Source: Antedon mediterranea (lineage: Eukaryota > Animalia > Echinodermata). Taken from it: a DNA stretch of 64,000 bases. This document shows, in pieces, positions 1-12,100 of this stretch. The notes beneath the pieces are model-generated. The model ran no database searches. It worked only from the letters and a program-made list of their open reading frames with translations, and was not told where the DNA came from. Positions within the stretch are counted from its first letter, which is position 1. The number at the start of each line of letters is the position of its first letter. Location: positions 248,001 to 312,000 of the forward strand of contig NC_092674.1 in NCBI RefSeq assembly GCF_964355755.1, read 5' to 3'. The position numbers were made by a program, and so were the translations under genes.

Positions 1-437
1 AAAAGACATTTACCTAAATTGCTATTTAAATGTCATTTATCAAATTATTAAATGTTTCCTATTATTTATCTGGTTATATACTAATATAGTAAAACACTGT
101 GCTAAATTGCTATTGTATTAAGGACGAGTTCCGAGAAGATGTATTCAAAGCTACAACCAATCAGAACAGTGTTAATCAATATAGTCCATGGCTACAGCCA
201 ATCAGAAACGTCCAAATCGCAATAACTCCTAGGCTAATAGAAATTATTGGTCCGAGTAGCCTTTTCAACCAGACGTTGCGAGGTTTAAAAAGTAAAACAT
301 GATTTACTCGCCAGTTTGGTATATAATAGTTTATATACCTGACATATCGCATTGCATTCGTGACGTCACCCATGAGTTCAATGATTTTGTAGATTATTGC
401 AGACGCGAATATTAAGAATGGCTGTCAGACAACTTAC

Positions 438-1020
438 TTATTACCTCCGCCAAGGAGGTTATGTTTTCACCCCTGTATGTTTGTGTGTGTGTTTGTGTGT
501 GTGTCTGTGAACAGCCTGGAGGCCACAGTTTTTATCCGATTCTCACCAAATTTGGCAACAATGATCTATGCTCCAAAAGCCCGGACGAGTTCGAATTTGA
601 GGGGAAAAGGTCATAGGTCAAGGTCACAACTAACAAAAAACTATTTTACTGCCTAGAGACCACAGTTTTTATCCGATTCTCACCAAACTTAGCCACAATG
701 ATCAATGACACATCATATAATTGTGGTTAAAATTTGAAGGGTCAGGGTCAAAGATCAAGGTCCACAAAAAAAAAAAATAAGAAATAAAAAAATAATAAAA
801 AAAAAAAACCTCAGTGGGACTTGAACCAGCGATCTCAACTGTGAGAGGCTGGATACATAACCATTACACCACACTGTCATCCACAACTTTATAGTGTGCA
901 GTTAACATATTTACACTTAGAACTAATAAAAAAAAATGTAAAAAAAAATATTCAGGGGGAATTTTATGTAGGGAAATTTTACAGTAGGCGGAGGTTTGTA
1001 CTCTCGGAGTACCTTCTAGT
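438..1020 (+). mobile_element. Non-autonomous Helentron/Helitron-like element (HINE/DINE-like architecture)
   Basis: 5' TTATTACCTCCGCC pairs with subterminal GGCGGAGGT (987-995); 3' hairpin GTACTC-tcg-GAGTAC (998-1012); CTAGT end followed by T-run; internal GT-rich microsatellite and ~30-bp internal duplication (521-550 / 659-688). No coding capacity. Confidence 0.6.
809..876 (-). pseudogene. tRNA-like cassette (Glu-CTC-like anticodon loop) inside the Helentron-like element
   Basis: Minus strand reads GTGGTGTAATGGTT (A-box-like)...CAGCCTCTCACAGTTG...GGTTCAAGTCCC (B-box/T-loop) followed by a long T-run; acceptor stem only partly paired. Confidence 0.5.
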
Positions 1021-2579
1021 TTTCTCTGTTTTCGACAAATTGCCCTTAAAGGCTGTTAATAACTGACAATATTATCCATTGGTTCGATAATGTTAACGCC
1101 TCTAACAGTGAAAATCTGCTTCGTTGCAGGAAATTTGACAATGTTTTTACTCCTTTGTTCTATCAAATTTAGCACCCATCGATTTGACTCATGCTATTAT
1201 TTTACAGCGTGCCCTAATTCTTATGCAAAAAGACGAGACGAGTTTATCGATACTCGTAAATCTTATATCTCTTTCCCTATGTTTACGATTTATTTTATCT
1301 AAGTTATCAATTTCCATCCAGTATTGCGATGCGACAAAAACAGGCCTACAAAATATCGTATACACATCTGAGCAGTGTGTGCATTATATCGAATGTTATT
1401 GCACTAAACTACTATTTTAATACTTAATTGGCGGTTGCTTTAAAGTTGTTAAATGCACATTAATTGTGAAGATAAAAAACCTCAATTGCACATTTACGAA
1501 GAAACACGTCACGTGTTGATGAAACATAGTGGTGAACGTCCTTTAGCGTATTAGTAGGCCTGTTAAGTGACCCAATCCTTCAAATTGTGATAACATTCTG
1601 AAACTTTGCACAGTTATTCATTAGGGTGTCAAAAATATGAAATGGAAGGGTTGCACAAAATTTGGTCAGGGGAAAGCCGCCATTTTGGATTTCAAAATGG
1701 CGGACCCAAATTGTTCACTTTTCAGGTATATCTCTGCTAAATAGGCACCTAGAGTTCTGAATTTAGGTGCAAATTATATGGTAATGGGGTCACCAAACAT
1801 ATTGGTATAACTAACATTTTAATTGCATGGCGGCCATTTTGGATTTCAAAATGGCGGACTTCAAATTTTCACTTTTTAGGTATATCTCTGCTAAAGAGGC
1901 ACCTAGAGTTCTGATTTTAGGTGCAAATTATATGGTAGTGGGGGGTCACCAAACATACTGGTATAACTAACATTTTGATTCCATGGCGGCCATGTTGGAT
2001 TTCAAAATGGCGGATTTCAAATTTTCTTTTTTCAGGTATATCTCTGCTAAAAAGGCACCTAGAGTTCTGATTTTAGGTGCAAATTATATGTTAATGGGGT
2101 CACCAAACATATTGGTATAACTAACATTTTGATTGCATGGCGGCCATTTTGGATTTCAAAATGGCGGACTTCAAATTTTCACTTTTCAGGTATCTCTGCT
2201 AAAAAGGTACACAGAGTTCTGATTTTAGGTGCCAATTATATGGTAATGGGTAACCAAACATAATAATTGGTATTTAACTGACATTTTTATTGCATGGCGG
2301 CCATTTTGAATTTCAAAATGGCGAACTCAAAATGTTTCAGTACGGTACCTACAGTTATAATTTTAGGTACAAAGTATAATATAGTATTGAGGTCAACAAA
2401 CATATTGGTATAACGTCTTTGATTGCATGGCGGCCATTTTGAATGTAGCTCAACCCGTACTGGCTTTACACTATTTGTAACCAATTTAAGATTTTCAGAA
2501 AATCACGCGTAACTTGCGCTACGCGGCTCTGACATCGTTTATGTTCATAATTACATGCATTTAACACGGACACTTATTG

Positions 2580-3720
2580 TAGATCACATTTTCCCTGGAA
2601 ACCACACAGCTCTGTACATCGTAAATCACTCTTTCTGCATTTACAGCATCCAAGATCACAGTCGGTGTGTCTACAGCGAATTAAAACCTTTGTGACATCT
2701 GAAAGTTCCGGCAATGAACTCCAAGCTGGACTAAATTTGTTGCCGTCCTTCCTCTATCCCCAGTTCGCTGGGTCCTGTTCAACCCTGAATGCATCTAGAC
2801 AGTCGTACCACTTCCTAGCTTCCGTTTCACAAGTTCTCTTAATGCTGCAGATGTTGGGGGATATTTTTAATAGTCTTTCTCTTGTTGTAAAAAGATATTG
2901 TCTTGCATCATTAAATGTTCTGCAGTAGACATAGTTACAACAAACTGTTCTAGATAATCTGTGTCTGTTTCACTAACATGCCCTACAGACAATGACATCC
3001 TCTCAAAAACTGGAGTCATACATGGCATCTTTTTCAAAGTCTCGTTAAATGTAGCTTTACCTTTTCCTTAAACAGATGAAGTTCTATCACAACCGCTAAT
3101 GGTATGAAAGAACAAGTAAGCGGCTGATGCTTGTGATCCAAGAGAAGAAGCAATCTCGTGTATTGGGATGTACTTCAAGTGCTTCCCCACTCCAAACTCG
3201 ATCCGAAGCTCGTGGATGCCAGGTATTCTGTGGAAAGCTGACAACAACATCACTGTGTACAGTCTTGACAATGCGTGGAAAATTTCAGCGGCAAGTTTAA
3301 CGTGAACAAACATACGTTCATCTGCCTCTTCTATGTTACATGGCATCAGCGATTGTATATTTACTGGTTTGTTACAGCTCTGTCTCCCAAAGACCCTACA
3401 AACATTCCGTGATTTGTGCCAATGTTCTCTACTTCTTCAGTTACAATAAATGAAAACAACTCTAATTTGTTGTCATCAAATCTAAAAAATGTGGTCCAAT
3501 TGTTGGGCAAGCTCCTGCTGGCTTTAACGACCCTCCTTACACCAGAGACTGTCGTTAAAGTATCTATCGAAAAACAAATCTAGTCGTGTCACTGATCGAA
3601 GTTGATGGTTGTATGACACTTGATATATACTCAATGAATGTCTTCGAATCATTGGGTCTGAGAATATTGATTATTGCTGGTCCATCTAACACCTTGGCAG
3701 CAACTAATGGTGCTTCATTT
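2580..3720 (-). pseudogene. Decayed XPG/PIN-like nuclease region of Academ-type transposase (left arm)
   Basis: ORF 3068-3346 (MPCNIEEADERMFVHV...ISGCDRTSS) and upstream VLDGPAIINILRP..KTF.EY motif; frameshifts and stops present. Confidence 0.65.
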
Positions 3721-3740
3721 TGTCGTACAACCATATATAG

Positions 3741-4750
3741 ACCATCAACTTCGATCAGTGACGTGACCAGATTTGGTTTTCGATAGATACTTTAACGACG
3801 GTTTAAAGTCTAGTACGCGCTATAGTACGCGTTCAAACCGCGGCTCTGGTGTAAGGAGGGGCGTCAAAGCCAGTGGGAGCATGCCCAACAATTGGACCAC
3901 ATATTCGAGATATGACGACAACAAATCAGAGTTGTTTCATTAATTGTAACTGAAGTAGTAGAGAACATTGACACAAATCACAGAATGTTTGTAGGGTCTC
4001 TGAGAGCGAGACAGAGCTGTAACAAACCAGTCTGTAAATATAAAACCGCTGATGCCATGTAACATAGAAGAGGCAGATGAACGTATTTTTGTTCATGTTA
4101 AACATGCCGCTAAAATTTGTCCGCGCATTCTTGTCAAGACTGTAGACAGTGATGTTGTTATTTCATTGTCAACTTTCCACAGAATACCTGGCATCCACAA
4201 GCTTTGGATCGAGTTTGGAGTGGGGAAGCACTTGAAGTATATCTCAATACACAAGATTACTTCTCTTGGATCACAAGCATCAGCCGCTTACTTGTTCTTT
4301 CATTCCTTTAGCAGTTCTGATACAACTTCATCTGTTCAAGGAAAGGAATTTGAGACGATGTCATTGTCTGTAGGGGATGTTAGTGACACAGATTATTTAG
4401 AACAGTTTGTTGTAACTATGTAGAAAGAAGGTAAATGATGCAAGACGATATCTTTTTACTACAGACTATTGAAAATATCCCCCCCCCCCAACATCTGCGG
4501 CAATAAGAGAACATGTGAAACGGTCTTTTCTACAAGCCAGAAAGTGGTACAACTGTCTAGATGCATTCAGGGTTGAGCAGGACCCAGCAAACTGGGGATG
4601 GAGGAAGGACGGCAACAAATTTAGTCCAGTTTGGAGTTCATTGCCGGAACTTTCAGATGTCACAAATCGCTGTGACACACCGACTGTGATCTTGGACTTG
4701 GACACTGTAAATGCAGAAAGAGTGATTTATGATGTACAGAGCTGTGTGGT
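3741..4750 (+). pseudogene. Decayed XPG/PIN-like nuclease region of Academ-type transposase (right arm, inverted copy)
   Basis: ORFs 4052-4423 and 4515-4922 mirror the left-arm peptide (EEADERIFVHV, KTVDSDVV, DPANWGW); different indels from the left copy. Confidence 0.65.
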
Positions 4751-7662
4751 TACCAGGTTTGAGCTACATTCAAAATGGCCGCCATGCAATCAAAGACGTT
4801 ATACCAATATGTTTGTTGACCTCAATACCATATTATACTTTGTACCTAAAATTATAACTGTAGGTACCGTACTGAAATATTTTGAGCTTGCCATTTTGAA
4901 ATTCAAAATGGCCGCCATGTAATCAAAGTGTTAGTTAAATAGCAATATATTTGGTGACCCATTACCATATAATTTGCACCTAAAATCAGAGCACTGTGTA
5001 CCTTTTTAGCAGAGATATACCTGGAAAGTTATTGGGGTCCGCCATTTTGAAATCCAACATGGCCGCCATGCAATCAAAATGTTAGTTATACGAATATGTT
5101 TGGTGACCCCATTACCATAATTATAATTTGCACCTAAAATCAGAATTCTAGGTGCCTTTTTAGCAGAGATATACCTGAAAAGTGAACATTTGAAGTCCGC
5201 CATTTTGAAATCCAACATGGCCGCCATGCAATCAAATGTTAATTATACCAATATGTTTGGTGACCCCACTACCATATATTTTGCATGTAAAATCAGAACT
5301 CTAGGTGCCTCTTTAGCAGAGATATACCTGACAAGTGAAAATTTGAGGTCCGCCATTTTGAAATCCAAAATGGCGGCTTTCCCCTGACCAAATTTTGTGC
5401 AACCCTTCCATTTCATATTTTTGACACCCTAATGAATAACTGTGCAAAGTTTCAAAATGTTATCACAATTTGAAGGATTTGCCTAAAATATGCTCCTTAA
5501 CATGCCTACTATATTCACAATACAGTTTAGATAATAAACACAAATAATTTGATATAAATCGCTCGTTGAAGGCGCTGTTCGTGAAAGAAAAAAGTATGGT
5601 ACGGTTTGTAATGTATCAAATAATTGGGTAAAATGTTGATATTTAATAGCCAGAACATTCTATTGGATTTAGCCACTAATCTCATATTGCTTGTTTGACA
5701 ATAAATGGATTAATTTTATTCGGCCTATATTATGAGAGATAGGTACTATATTTCGTAATATCGTGACGCAAAGTGGACGCGCGCGTACAAAAGCGTCATC
5801 TTCAACATTTAAACGCTCTGTTAAACATAATATGTAATGATTTATATTTGTATAGAAAATACACGGTTTCTTTAAAACCAGTCAACTCACATAATATTCA
5901 GTGCGAGAGCAATTATTTCTGTGTCTAAAGCAGACTGACCAATTTATATAATTGACTAATTAAGTCGGTAATGAAGTATAAAATAAGTTAATTAACTATC
6001 CTGTTCTAGTTCATAATAATTAGAAGTAATTATCATTAGGTTAATTTAAGATTATATTATCGATTTGGTCATTTATCCTGGGAATATTTCTTTGTACTCT
6101 AGCCATGAATATCCACTGTTCTCAGACCAAGTATAACGTATTACCCGCTATTCTCTGGTGGATGCGAATAATATTTAAAGTTGGCTTGCGCCGCGTACAA
6201 ACACTGATATATCCCGCCGAATGCAGTTACATTTGAAGCACATGTAAACTTGTATAGACAATGAATCTACCTCCCGAAATTTCATCATCGTCTTCTAGCA
6301 AAATATTCTCTTTTAAACTTAAAGAATATCTTATTTCAAATTATAACTAATTGTTTTCTCTATTTTGTAATATTTTTTTAACTTTAGAAACTTTTTCGAA
6401 ATTGCTTCCTTTACTGTTGGTGTGTGTATGTGTGTGTGTATGTCTGTTGATCTATATGTGTATGTGTAGTTATATGTTTACATTTATATATATAAGTATA
6501 TAATCTTCTTACATGGCTTCCCAACATACAAGTTTCAATTGGATTTTTTTTTTTCCAATTGATCGATACTTTCTTGGGTTTTTTTGCCTCTTTCATTTTG
6601 TATATAACTGAATCATCTTTTTATACATTATGATTTACTGTATTATATCTCTAAAAAAAAAAAAATATTTATTTATAAAATATCAGAAATTATAATGTTT
6701 TTTTACTCAAATATGAATGAAAGAAATAAATGTTTATTTGAATTTGAATTTGAATGAAACGAAATAAAGATGACACGCGCGTACAAACATTGATGAATAT
6801 TTTAAATTTTATAAAATTAAAATTGTAAATGGCGTCTACGCTTTAAGGTGTAACTTTTCTAATCATTGTATCGAATTATAAAAAATGAATACGTTTATCG
6901 TTATTTTATGAATTAAATTACAACTTAATGACGTCGTACCATGCAGTAGGTATATTTAATAATACAAAGTTGATTAATTCATTATTAAAAAGCCTGATAT
7001 TAGGTTTACGTTGCTAGTCGTTAAAACTTTTAAATTGTAAATTAATCAATCTTGAGTAAGTTTGATTTCGGCATGATAACAACACGTTATAAATATAATT
7101 TATCATTCCGTAATAATGTTTAAAAAAACAAAGTACCGTGTCCTACTTCTCGGCGTCGTCGTTTACCCCGAGGCCTTTACATAATTTCGCATCATTCGTG
7201 GCAATAACACCTTGGTACCTTTCTGTATTTTTAAAATTAATGACGTGAAATCAATACGGACATAGATGAATTCGTACGAATCTTGTTTTTCCTAGATACG
7301 ACTTTTATCATAATGCCAAGATCTCCACTATTCTCTGTGGATGGAATTACATACAAGGAGCATTACACTAATAACCTATAGTAAGCTATACAAATAATAT
7401 CTTTCGCTAGGTATGTCCTGTGGTAATCCTCGTATTCTCGTATTTCGTCAAACTCAATTCCTAGCTAAAACAAACATGTTCGCCGTCGAATCACTTGTAA
7501 ATATTGAAATACTAGTTGTGTGTCCATCTAAATGTATTATTGCGCTTGTAAAGTATATTTGTAACAATAAAGATGGCTGATAATAAACCCGAGGTGTGGT
7601 AGCGTACTCGACTTACGTACGTGCCTTGAGAGCAACACATTGTCGTATTGTATTAAATCCAT

Positions 7663-7830
7663 AGTCGAATGGCCGAGCGGAGTCGAATGGCCGAGCGGAG
7701 TCGAGTTACCGATCGGGTTAAGGCAAGGTCGCGTGGTTCTCGTGGTAGAACAAGTCTTCTCGGATAAGGACTTGAGGTCCGAGTGCGCACATCTGGCTCA
7801 TGTGCACTTACATAAACCCCGGTGTATATA
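7663..7830 (+). mobile_element. tRNA-derived SINE remnant
   Basis: Duplicated A-box-like GTCGAATGGCCGAGCGGA followed by TTCTCGGATAAGGAC..GAGGTCC..TGCACTTA, reminiscent of Deu/Nin-type SINE central domains (recalled, not searched). Confidence 0.4.
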
Positions 7831-8275
7831 GGTACATCTTAGCGCCTGTGAATGTGGGCTGTTTGTCTGCATGTAGGTGCATTATCAATTAATAATTTAA
7901 CGTTGCAAATTTTATTATTGTATATTTTATTTGTCAATAATGAAACACCATCTTATACTACCAGTTATGCATTTAAAATTAGCCATTTCAATATCGCAGC
8001 TCGACATGTTAAATTAATTTCCGATGTAATATAATCATTTTTCGTATCTTTAATTAAATTTAACACATTTGAATTCTCGGAAATATCAATGAGATAATGG
8101 TCAGAAGTGCATTTATATCTTCGATGACCAGCAAACGTAATGTTTGAGAGAACCAAATATGAAGTATTTTACGATACTACGTTTTTTTGTAACGCTGTGT
8201 TGACGCAACAACGCAAGGACGCACACATGACGCATGTTGCGTTTTAGTGAAACAAGCTTTAACAGTACAACAGGG

Positions 8276-8421
8276 TAATCATCACCACCATCAACACAAT
8301 CACTATCTTCCTCATCAACATCACTGTATTGATCATCATCATCATTCACATAAATCACGATCATCATCACAATCTAATCATAATCATCATCATCATCATC
8401 ACAATCCAATCATAATCATCA
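8276..8421. repeat. Degenerate (CAT)n microsatellite
   Basis: Runs of CATCATCAT/CAC/CAA; explains the His-rich and Asp-rich spurious ORFs. Confidence 0.85.
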
Positions 8422-8563
8422 CTTTACAGCCGATTCCCGTACGGATGTCAAGAGACAATAAGCAGCACATACAGCTTTTCTCCTATTTATAAACTATAAA
8501 CTACGCTTTTTGGCAGGCTGTCTGTTTGGCTAAATGGTTTGAGCTTTCTTCCAAATTTCAGTA

Positions 8564-8700
8564 AGGTCTGTCTACACTATCAAACTAGTTTGACAACAAA
8601 GTGTGATGTGCCCATATATATAGACATGATGATGTCACTAAAATATTTGAGGATCACTACCAATTGTCTTTGTCATATAAAGTTAAGTGTAGACAGAGCT
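8564..8700. mobile_element. PIF/Harbinger-like MITE (family shared with 13614-13724 and ~46080-46190)
   Basis: TIR TCTGTCTACACT / AGTGTAGACAGA, TWA-type flanks, internal GATGTGCCCA..ATGATGTCA shared with other copies. Confidence 0.65.
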
Positions 8701-9300
8701 TTAGATAACCGGGATGGGTCTGTCAGTGATATTACAGTCGCTTGAAATAAAACTATCCCGCAGTGTATTGTCTTTGGACATAATACATTCAATTTTTCAT
8801 ATTCTACTGCTTATTAGTCGTCTATCAACAGCTACATCGCCATTTAAAAAATCGCTGTTAACTTTGTTTTTATGGTTTGAATTAATTTCACACTTACTAT
8901 TTCTGATCATAAATTTTAGAATTGACCTTAATTTCCAATTATCTTTAGCATCGTGAATGTATACATTCAAAATAATCCACGTTCTCTATTCTTCTTCACA
9001 TTATTCTACGCGTTTATTTTTTTTTATAACAATAATTATGTTTTAATTTGATCTTTAACGGATTTAAATTGAATTTCAATATAATTATTGTTTCGAGATT
9101 GGCGCAGTCTACCGAATAATTGTTTTTAATAGTCGATCGTCTCCGTATTTTATAAATAATGTCGCTATCAGTGGAGTAATAGAAGTATTCTTCATCGAGC
9201 TGTCAGACATAGTAATAATACAAACGGTTTTTATAATAATTTTCTGCGCTAAATAATGAATTTCTTAATGTCTTCTTAAATTTGCGTCATCCGTTAGTAA

Positions 9301-9458
9301 AGCTTGGTTCCCAGTAGGACACAACGCAAGGACGTAAGCGCAACGCAAGTAATTTGACCAATCACAATCGATGGATTATTTGAACAGTGGCGTGTCATTG
9401 GTCAACTAGCTTACGTTACGCTTACGCCTTTGCGTTGCGTCCTAGTGGGAACCAAGCT
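9301..9458. mobile_element. MITE (Harbinger/Tourist-like); partial related copy near 8195-8240
   Basis: TIR AGCTTGGTTCCCA.TAGGAC / GTCCTAGTGGGAACCAAGCT with long internal palindromy; flanks TAA / TTA. Confidence 0.7.
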
Positions 9459-10262
9459 TTAAAGGTAACGGCACTGTACTGTACATAAGGGATTTCCAAA
9501 AACCGTGCAGCATAAAACGAGAATGAGGTCGAGTAATTCTCTACACTCTCCATCCTACGAACTTTCAACAATTTTAACAAATTATAGAAACTTATAGCCC
9601 ATAAGAACCACATGTCCTACAAGAATTAAGCACAGTAACCTATATATTAACATACCGTTATGTTCTTTCCATCAACCTTCACTGACTTCGAAGCTTCCAT
9701 CACGTCTAAAGCTAGGTTGGCGATGCAGCGCGCATGCTCAGAACATGGCTCTGGCAGTCCACTTACTGCCATGTATTTGTCTCCGACAGTTTCTACCTAC
9801 ATCCATATAATTACAGAAAGTTTTAATTACATATAGTGACATTCATCATCAATCTTCATATCAATCAATCAATTAATACATATTATAAATTAAATGATTA
9901 GGATTATAAATTAAATTAATTCATAATTTCGAAACAACGATAATATACTACACCATAATTAAATGATCAATTCTAACGTTACGCATTTGCATTGAAACAG
10001 CTTCAAGTTTATTGGTACTTTAAAGGTTGAGGTTTTTGTCTGTTAAGTATTTACGCCTAGACTTGTATCTAACTGACTTGCAATAATCAGCTAGATACTA
10101 TCTAGTGACAGCTGCAGATTTTTTTTTCTTCTATAATACATAATCTTTCTTATTTTGGTATGAGCTGTTGAAGTAATCCGTGTACCCTATAATGAACCCA
10201 TTGTATCTATTAGAAACAAGTCCGTCTTAACTTACCTTAAATATGTTATCATAACGTCCAAG

Positions 10263-10281
10263 CAGGGAGTTGTTATCCCTG
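10263..10281. mobile_element. 19-bp micro-insertion with 6-bp inverted ends and 7-bp target duplication
   Basis: GTCCAAG-[CAGGGAGTTGTTATCCCTG]-GTCCAAG; removing it plus one duplicate restores the cyclase reading frame. Confidence 0.7.
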
Positions 10282-10407
10282 GTCCAAGTATAGTATCGAA
10301 GGAGGTGTAGATTTGGTTAAGTGTGAACACAATCGTCAGTGGGTCGTGTGAATATTGACGGCAAAAGTCGCTGAATCCAGATATTCCACTGAACATCAGT
10401 GTCACCG

Positions 10408-11435
10408 GGTCAGTCTAATTACTGAAAATAACCGAAAACAACCACAAACAACCGAAAACAACCGTAAACAACCGAAAACAAACCGAAAACAAACCGAAAA
10501 CAAAATTTAAAAAATCTAAATACCGAAAACAAATTTTGTATAATATTTTTTTTAATGTCGCCCTCTATTGATGGGTGTTTCTAAAGCTAAGACCATACAC
10601 AGAGGCGCAAAAATCATGGAAGACCCTACGAAATGGTAGTGTGCACAAAATACAACTCAAAATCGTACAAATTCAATGAAATACACCGTAGACTACATTT
10701 ACTTACAAAATCTATAAACACATTTCGTTTTTAGTCTTTTCAAAAACAAAGCATGATTTTACCTAACTTTGCGTTTTCGTCCCCGGTTTCGTCACTTAAA
10801 GTGAATACTGAAGCGATTAAGGATAAAAACGTTATTTACTCGACTACAGTAATTTTACTGAATAGATTTTATTGTGAATCCTTTATAGTGAGCTTCTTTT
10901 AAGTATACTTTATAGTCCCTAGTATCTTTGTATAATTATCTTTGAAAATCTATAATTAAATTGATCATGATTAACCATAGTCAATTTACTTTCTATACCG
11001 GTACTATGGATTAATTCATAATTATTGTAAGGAGTAATGCGCTGGTTTCTGGATCAAAAATCGAAAGACTAAAATTAAAATATTTTTATAGATTCTGTAA
11101 GTAAATGCGATGTTATCAATTGATTGATTGTACGATTTTTAGTTGTATTTTGTGCACACTGCCATCGTAGGGTCTTCCTTGGCTTTTGCGCGCGCGGTTT
11201 TTTGTCTCTGTTATGGTCTTAGATTTAGAAACACCCATCAACAGAGGGCGACATTTAAAAAATATTATACAAATTTGTTTTCGGTATTTGGGGCCTAGAT
11301 TATTTTATGTTGTTTTCGGTTTGTTTTCGGTTCGTTTTCGGTTGTTTATGGTTGTTTATGGTTGTTTTCGGTTGTTTATGGTTGTTTTCGGTTGTTTATG
11401 GTTATTTTCGGTTGTTTTCGGTAATTAGACTGACC
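10408..11435. mobile_element. Mutator-like foldback MITE inserted in the cyclase exon
   Basis: Long imperfect TIRs GGTCAGTCTAATTAC... / ...GTAATTAGACTGACC (~330 bp) with AACCGAAAAC subrepeats; imperfect 9-10 bp TSD around TGTCACC. Confidence 0.75.
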
Positions 11436-12100
11436 ACTGTCACCCATTCGTACTTTTTGGCAGGAGGTACGGGCCTACGGTGGCGGAGCTCGTTGGCAAC
11501 GGACGGCGGCAAAATCGAGTACACAAGCCTGTGTTGAAGTAAACATCATTATAAGATATTATTAAAGATCATAGATCATGGACACTTACAGATTATTGGA
11601 GATTGATTTTATTTGATTATAGTGGATTTGAGCATTATGAATTAAGTGTTATAATATTACGCCAGTGGCAGCCTACTAGGCCTATACAAAGTACAGTACT
11701 TAAGAGTTTAGTTATTAATATTATACGAAATGATTAATATATTGGCTTTATTTAGGGTGTACTATCATAGCTCGATTTTTCGAGTACGCATCGCAGTGAG
11801 TAATATTTACGTGCAGAAGTGCATGCGGGGGATTTCGTTAATAATAAATAGGAGGCCTAGGCTAGTAGTTTAAGTTAGTATGGCGCGCCGTTGTCTAAAT
11901 AATTGAATTGAAAACATAAATGTATTTTTCAATTAGGCCTAGCCTAGGCCACCTAGCTGTCTCACGCTCACTACCCTTTTATTAGAGGCATTTTTTGTCT
12001 TGATCATTTTTCTGTTCTGAGCACTGCCATTTACTATTATACACCTACACATAAAACACAATTGTAGCCAACTATCTGTTCTATAACTTTTACTTTTAGG

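Larger units (their letters stand above)
1552..5511. mobile_element. Academ-like (XPG/PIN nuclease + Cys-rich) DNA transposon derivative, near-complete palindrome
   Basis: Termini TAGTAGGC...GCCTACTA with 3-bp TSD TAT (1549-1551 / 5512-5514); ~0.8-0.9 kb TIRs built of ~155-bp subrepeats; internal decayed ORFs with EEADER, TVDSDVV, SGCD-TSS-GK, PPTSAA, DPANWGW and a Cys-rich tail in both orientations. Confidence 0.7.
9656..11529 (-). pseudogene. GUCY1B1: Soluble guanylate cyclase beta-1-like gene fragment (two exons, disrupted)
   Basis: Minus strand exon ~11529-10236 reads [29 protein letters not shown] / LMFSGISGFSDFC...LNQIYTSFDTILGRYDNIFK once two insertions are removed; exon 9796-9656 reads [34 protein letters not shown] with AG/GT ends. 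No other exons recognised. Confidence 0.85.

Noticed and set aside
809-876. Functional tRNA-Glu gene
   Set aside because: Acceptor stem only partly pairs and the sequence is embedded in a repeat element; treated as tRNA-derived.
8113-8492. His-rich and Asp-rich ORFs
   Set aside because: Produced by a CAT microsatellite.
5900-9250. Possible additional exon remnants in GC-richer patches (6100-6300, 7140-7230, 8430-8480, 8700-8860)
   Set aside because: No recognisable protein motif or consistent splice phase could be established by eye.
11186-11537. Hydrophobic repetitive ORFs resembling membrane proteins
   Set aside because: They translate the 10-bp subrepeats of the Mutator-like MITE TIR.
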